64,000 nucleotides of DNA, from NCBI RefSeq assembly GCF_009914755.1, contig NC_060948.1; one strand, written 5' to 3'. How positions within the stretch are numbered: the stretch's first letter is position 1; each line of letters starts with the position of its first letter. The position numbers and the translations under genes were made by a program. Below are positions 50,364-64,000 of this stretch, piece by piece. Below the pieces are notes generated by a model, which searched no databases, was not told the DNA's origin, and worked only from the letters and a program-made list of their open reading frames with translations. This stretch comes from the human T2T-CHM13v2.0 reference genome, Homo sapiens.

Positions 50364-51033
50364 CTGATTGTGAAAGAATTGATTCACTCCAGAAAAGATA
50401 CAGTGGTTGAAAAAGAACACAGATATGTACTGCTTACAAGAAACCCTTTGACTTATGAAGATATGCATAGGATAAAATTACAGAGATGGAAAAAGATATT
50501 CCACAAAATTAAAAAACTTAAACGGAGCAGGAGTAGCTACGCTTATTTCTGATAAAAAAAATTCTACAAATCACAGACTGTAAAAAGAGAAAAAGAAGGC
50601 CACTACATAATAATAAATGGATCTATGCAGTAAGATGATATAACAGTAGGAAATATTTAGCACCCAAATAAAGCAAACATTAGTAGATCTAAAGAGGGAA
50701 ACAGACTACAAGCAAATATTGGTGGATAACTTCAGTACCTCATTGTCAGTAATGGACAGGAAGACCATTAAGGAAACATCAACAAAGACCTATTCGATTT
50801 AAGCCACACACTAGACCAAATGGTCTTAGCTGACATTTACAGAACATTTTACATGACTGTTGCAGAACACACAGTTTTCTCATCAGCATTTGAATAGACC
50901 ATATGTTAGGCTGACAAATAAAGACTCAACAGATTTTTTAAAACTTGGAACCATTTTCATTGATTTTCTAACTACAATGGAAGAAAACTGGGAGTCAATA
51001 ACAAGTCAAACTTAGAAACTAGACAAACGTGGA

Positions 51034-57167
<6,134 letters not shown>

Positions 57168-57346
57168 ATTAATTATTTTATTACCTTAATTAAATATTAA
57201 TTAATAATATTTTTATTACCTTAAATATTTATTATCATTTTTGTTGCAATAAAGCTTAACATCTACTTTCTTTTCTTTTTTGATTAATATTATTGCTCAT
57301 TAACTATAGTTACTATGCTTTACAACTGATCTCTTGGACTTACTTC
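57168..57346 (-). repeat. AT-rich spacer plus probable L1MA/MB 3'-end fragment
   Basis: TTTTATTACCTTAA twice; ttaactatagttactatgctttacaactgatctcttggactta resembles antisense L1M 3' end. Confidence 0.6.
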
Positions 57347-63398
<6,052 letters not shown>

Positions 63399-63400
63399 TC

Positions 63401-64000
63401 TGTTCTATTGTGTTTTTGAACCCTTAATATTGGGTGTTGAAAGGGTTGTTTCAGGGTTTGAGGATTCCCTGCATTTTTAGGTTATTAATAGTGGCTTCTA
63501 GTCCTTTCCCAGCCTCTGACTTTAGGGGACATTTTCTCTGGTTAGAAAAAGAAGTGGGATCCTTAGGATGAATCCAGACTGGTCTAGGACTGATAGCATG
63601 GCCTATTCTTCCTTGAGTTGTCCACACTTCTGGAATAATATTAATTTCCACCAGGGGAAGACAAAGAGTTTGTCCTGGAGCCATAACAATGCTGGCCCCT
63701 ATGCAAGCTAAAATATATCTTCTTAATAAAGTAATAAGACTTTCAGATAATATTAAGGAGGCATGTATAAATAATATGTCCCCCAACTACAACTAAGCAT
63801 TTGAGAAAAAATATTGTGTTAGAACTTTCTTGAGACACCCATCATGATCATGGGAAGAGGAAAGGCCTGGATTGGATAAAAGAAGACAGAGACTGATTTC
63901 AGTGTCCAGAAGAAGGTCCACCGTCCTTACTTCAACTTTGAGAAACCCCCAGGACTCCTGAGCAGTAAAGGCATATTCAACTGCAGGAGCCAATGTATGA
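63401..64000 (-). mobile_element. pol: Class I ERV pro-pol fragment (HERV9/W-supergroup-like), disrupted
   Basis: VDLLLDT protease; PEVWTTQGRIG..KDPTSF..PLKSEAGKGL..LKMQGILKP; NTPILRVQK RT start. Confidence 0.8.

Larger units (their letters stand above)
41099..51033 (+). mobile_element. Older L1 (L1M/L1MA-type) 5'UTR-ORF1-ORF2 start, split by an L1PA and three Alus
   Basis: ORF1 remnants 42060-42706 resume at 48775 (caccaccagacctgtcttataag); ORF2 ATG region 50296; EN remnants to 51033. Confidence 0.75.

Overview
Primate (human/great-ape-like) nuclear DNA made almost entirely of decayed retroelements, with no spliced cellular gene evident. It holds four full-length and three truncated L1PA copies, older L1M remnants, eight Alus and several class I ERVs: a PABL/MER4-group element, HERV-H/LTR7, a HERV-W LTR17 fragment, a MER4 provirus, a MER41C/PRIMA41-like provirus and a pro-pol fragment at the right edge. 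The only host-gene-derived sequence is a processed TMEM167A (kish-A) retrocopy (15048-20844, minus) with an uninterrupted 72-codon ORF, poly(A) remnant and 14-bp TSD; with the repeat density this suggests a Y-chromosome locus (inference). Most unusual: (1) a three-LTR inverted HERV-H cassette in the retrocopy 3'UTR, with U5 att ends at both termini and an exact U3-end-to-env junction; (2) HERV-H copies with a tRNA-Phe rather than tRNA-His primer site; (3) a triplicated att/PBS/splice-donor leader; (4) L1 5'UTRs spanning the ZNF93-site deletion, and an ORF0 that reads out of its L1; (5) full-length L1s with mismatched flanks. Subfamily names come from recalled consensus sequences and need RepeatMasker/Dfam confirmation. 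I found no clearly new multi-gene system.
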